A stretch of 64,000 nucleotides of DNA, taken from assembly GCA_030390025.1 (NCBI GenBank), contig CM059432.1, forward strand, positions 113,772,001-113,836,000, in the 5' to 3' direction. Made by a program: the position numbers and the translations under genes. Below the pieces are notes generated by a model. That model worked only from the letters and a program-made list of their open reading frames with translations. It was not told where the DNA came from and made no database searches. Origin of the DNA: Squalus acanthias (lineage: Eukaryota). Position 1 is the first letter of the stretch. Each line of letters opens with the position of its first letter. Below, piece after piece: positions 60,529 through 64,000 of the stretch.

Positions 60529-60975
60529 TTAGGTCAGTGGCAGAACTCTCGCTTCTGATTCAGATGGTTGTGGGTTCAAGTCCCACTCCAGGGACCTAAG
60601 CATATAATCTAGGCTGACAGGGCAGTGCAGAGGGAGTGCTGCACTGTCGGAGGTGCTGTCTTTCAGATGAGGCGTTAAACTGAAGCTCCATCTGCCCTCA
60701 GGTGGACAGAAATGATTCCATGGCACTATTTGAAGATGAGCAGGGGAGTCCTGGCCAATATTCTTCCCTCATCCAACATCACTAAAAACAGACGATATGG
60801 CCATTTATTTCATTGCTGTTTTTGGGAACTTGCTGTGTGCAGATTGGCTGCCACATTTCCTACATTACAACAGTGACTACACTTCAAAAGTACTTAATTG
60901 GTTGTGAAGTGCTTTGGGATGTCCTGAGGTCGTATAAGGCGCAATATAAATGTAAGTCCTTTTGTTCTTTTCTTT
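60529..60975 (+). mobile_element. tRNA-derived Deu-domain SINE
   Basis: Colinear with 1169-1638; B-box GGTTCAAGTCCC. Confidence 0.8.
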
Positions 60976-62603
60976 CTTCCTAGTAGCGTTTCTTTGGAGC
61001 CACTGGCCTTGTGCAACTTTGGGGCATAATACTGAGCATGAAGATTAAATATATACCCAGGATAAGCAAACATAGGCTAAACAAGCAGGACTCCAAATTG
61101 ACTAATAAACTAATCAGAATTGCAATAAGGAGGAAAAAGAACCTCTACAAATTCCACAGGGAGAAAGTTGAGCGGTTCACTGGGATGAGTATAAGAACAT
61201 GCAGAAACATGTTCCACGAGTCAGCAAAGGGGCAAAGAGAGACCTGGAAATATTATAAAATGTGCTGATGGGACCAATACTAGGGATGAATATAAGGTGG
61301 TTAATACATGAAATGATTATTTCCTCTAGCTTTAGGGAAGGCGTGAGAAACAGATCCTCTCTAAATAATAATCCAAATGGAATTAATGACTTAGTCACAA
61401 ATGAGATGGAAGGCTTGGAAGGGCTCAAAAGAAATAAATTCCCATGAATGGATGTTATTCGTCCGTAAGTACTAAGAGACAGTGGATGAGATTTGAGCAG
61501 CATTTATAGACATTAAGGAGAGTCAATGAAGACTTGGGAATTCCAGTAGATTAGAAACAGTTTAACATGATGTTTGCTTTCCAAAAGGCTGACAAAATGC
61601 ACCCAGGCAACTGCAGACCGATGAACCTTGCATCAATCCCATGCAAAATAATGGAATTGATTATCAGGAATAAACATAAGGATTAAGAGGCCAAAATTGC
61701 TTGACAATTCTGGTGCAGTGCTGCTGCAAGCCCTCGATACAGCAGGTCCTGGCCTATGCTGGGAATTCCAGCCGAGGCTTGTAAAAGAATCTTTGCCTGT
61801 CACTTACAAGGCTAATGATGTCAAGGGGGCAGAGCTAAGGTTGGGAACTCTACAAATGAGGTGTATGATCATCACAGCAGGTATACCTTGTTCCACCTTG
61901 TGTACCTGCCAGATCTCGACAAAAGCGGGGCCAACCTGGGGGTCCAGGCTGGGGTGGGGGCTTCCAAAAATGAGTAGCCCAGAAATTATTGGGGAAGTAC
62001 CCAGCGATGGGCTGGCCATCTACTGCCAGCCTCAAATGAACCCAGGCGTAGGTGCCAGCATCATGCCCCTGCATATTTTCCAGACCTAACTGCATACTGG
62101 CACTGCAATAAATAGCAACCATCATGCATTCAGAAGGGAAAGATTCTGCATTTTCCAACAAAATATGGAAGTTAGTGAAACAACGGCATTATGAATTTTA
62201 ATATGGACAAGGCTAATGTACTATACTAGGAAGAAAAAGAAGAAAAAGAGTAACATAAGTACTCCATGAATTGTTGGAACAGAAAATTTGAAGCTGTAAA
62301 TGATCTGGGGCTCTAAAAAGACTCAATGCTAAACATTTCCATTCACTGCGGAGTAGTAATCAACAAAGTAAAAAGCCAGAACACCAAAGCATAAGTCAGA
62401 GGTAGTCATACTCAATCTGTGTAGTGCTTTGGTCAGATCGCACATTGGGGACTGTGCCCAGTTCTGACCATTGAATTACAATGGAGATATTCAAGACCTC
62501 AAAACTGTTCATAGAAGAACCATGAGATTGATTCCTAACATCAGAGGACTGAGTTTGTCAAGAAAGACTGAAAAAATGTGGGATTTCAACCTTGAATGGA
62601 GGT

Positions 62604-62815
62604 CATAATGTGGAGATGCCGGTGTTGGACTGGGGTGGACAAATGTGAGAAGTCGCACAACACCAGGTTATAGTCCAACAGGTTTATTTGAAATCACAAG
62701 CTTTCGGAGCGCTGCTCCTTCGTGACTTCACCTGACGAAGGAGCAGCGCTCCGAAAGCTTGTGATTTCAAATAAACCTGTTAGACTATAACCTGGTGTTG
62801 TGCGACTTCTCACAA
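62604..62815. mobile_element. Palindromic non-autonomous Penelope-derived element (80-bp arms plus 40-bp tail)
   Basis: Arms 62644-62723 and 62735-62814 with 1 mismatch, 11-nt loop; TSD TTGAATGGAGGT at 62592-62603 and 62816-62827. Confidence 0.85.
62728..62764 (+). ncRNA. Minimal type I hammerhead ribozyme motif
   Basis: TCAC-CTGACGA-A-GGAGC[AGC]GCTCC-GAAA-GC-TT-GTGA. Confidence 0.65.
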
Positions 62816-63404
62816 TTGAATGGAGGTGACTGAGAGGTGATCTTATCAAGGTGTATAAGATAATAAACAATAAAGAAAAGGTAGATCCAGAACACTACTT
62901 CAAACTAAAGCATGAGAGTATAACAGGGGGACATGGGTTGAAACAAGTAAAAGCCAAATTTAGGACTGATGTTGAGACATTTTTCTTCCCACAAAGCGTT
63001 GCTATGGATGGCCTTTTGAGTACAGTAATGGAGGCAAAAAACATGTAATCATTTAATAAAAAAACAATATGATGCCTTTATATGTGGGACTGTAGGATCT
63101 TTCTGGATGAATGACCTATGGTGAGTCTTATGACCTTCCTCATTTGTACATAAATTGTGATCTTGGAATTTCTTTGTTCAGTCAGATGCATAACATGCAC
63201 AAATACCCATGGAGTATATGTTCTCTTTGCAAAGAGGGATACCCCACTTACCAAAGACCAGCAAATTTAGGCACAGGTTGGCTTAGGGACTGCCAAGGAA
63301 TTGTGCTGGAGTTTAACCAGCTAAAACTGCTCACCTTACCAGCATCAACTACTAATAAGCTTTCTCCTGCTTGTCCGGCGAGGACCACTCTACATCAGCT
63401 TTTC

Positions 63405-64000
63405 GGGATGTCCAGAGAAGTAGAGGAGTTATGCTGAACCTTTATAAAGCGCTGGTTAGGCCACAACTGGAGTATTGCATCCAGTTCTGGTCACCATACT
63501 TTAGGAAGGATGTAAAGGCATTTGTGAGGGTGCAGAGGAGATTTACCAGAATGGTTCCAGGAATGGGGGATCTTAGCTACAAGGACAGGTTGGAGAAGCT
63601 GGGTTTGTTTTCATTAGAGCAAAGGAGGTTGAAGGGTGATTTGACAGAGGTGCACAAGATTATGATGGGTTTGGATAGGCTAGATGGGGAAAGGCTGTTC
63701 TCACTAGTTGATGGTACAAGGACTAGGGGACACAGATTTAAGGTTTTGGGCAAGAGATACGGGGGGGATGTGAGGAAAAACCTTTTTACGCAGCGAGTGG
63801 TGAGGACCTGGAACTCGCTGCCGACGGAAGTGGTGGAAGCGGAGACACTCAATGTTTTCAAGGGGAGACTGGATAGACACTTGAGGGAAATAAACTTGCA
63901 GGGCTACGGGGATAGAGCGGGGGAATGGGACTGACTGGATTGCTCTACAGAGAGCTGGCACGGACTTGATGGACCGAATGGCCTCCTTCTGTGCAGTTAT
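63405..64000 (+). mobile_element. CR1 3' fragment
   Basis: LYKALVRPQLEYCIQFWSP..TRGH..QGYGDRAGEWD*, then 3' UTR. Confidence 0.92.

Larger units (their letters stand above)
61030..63100 (+). mobile_element. Very old CR1 ORF2 remnants with insertions
   Basis: GNCRPMNLASIPCKIME near 61607-61657; LRGDLIKVYKII..HESITGGHGLK near 62830-62945. Confidence 0.7.

Overview
Vertebrate genomic DNA, very likely a cartilaginous fish (inferred from shark-type CR1 LINEs, Deu-domain tRNA SINEs, LF-SINE-like repeats and Penelope-like elements). Host genes: the 3' half of DPYS (dihydropyrimidinase, + strand, five exons between 6255 and 17518) and, convergent to it, the probable last coding exon of DCSTAMP (- strand, 59716-59841). 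Most of the rest is nested transposons: many CR1 fragments including one uninterrupted 920-aa ORF2, a decayed Gypsy element with a very short 3' LTR, a solo LTR, L2 and other LINE pieces, many PIF/Harbinger derivatives and MITEs with 3-bp TSDs, a Tc1/mariner-type MITE, and a Penelope RT fragment. Two observations stand out. (1) This DPYS keeps a CRMP-like C-terminal tail, but its conserved APPGG motif lies behind an in-frame TAG, suggesting stop-codon readthrough or a recent nonsense change. (2) Short TSD-flanked, near-perfect palindromic Penelope-derived elements carry minimal hammerhead ribozyme motifs, on both strands in one copy. Gene and family calls rest on recalled motifs, not database searches, and boundaries of old repeats are approximate.
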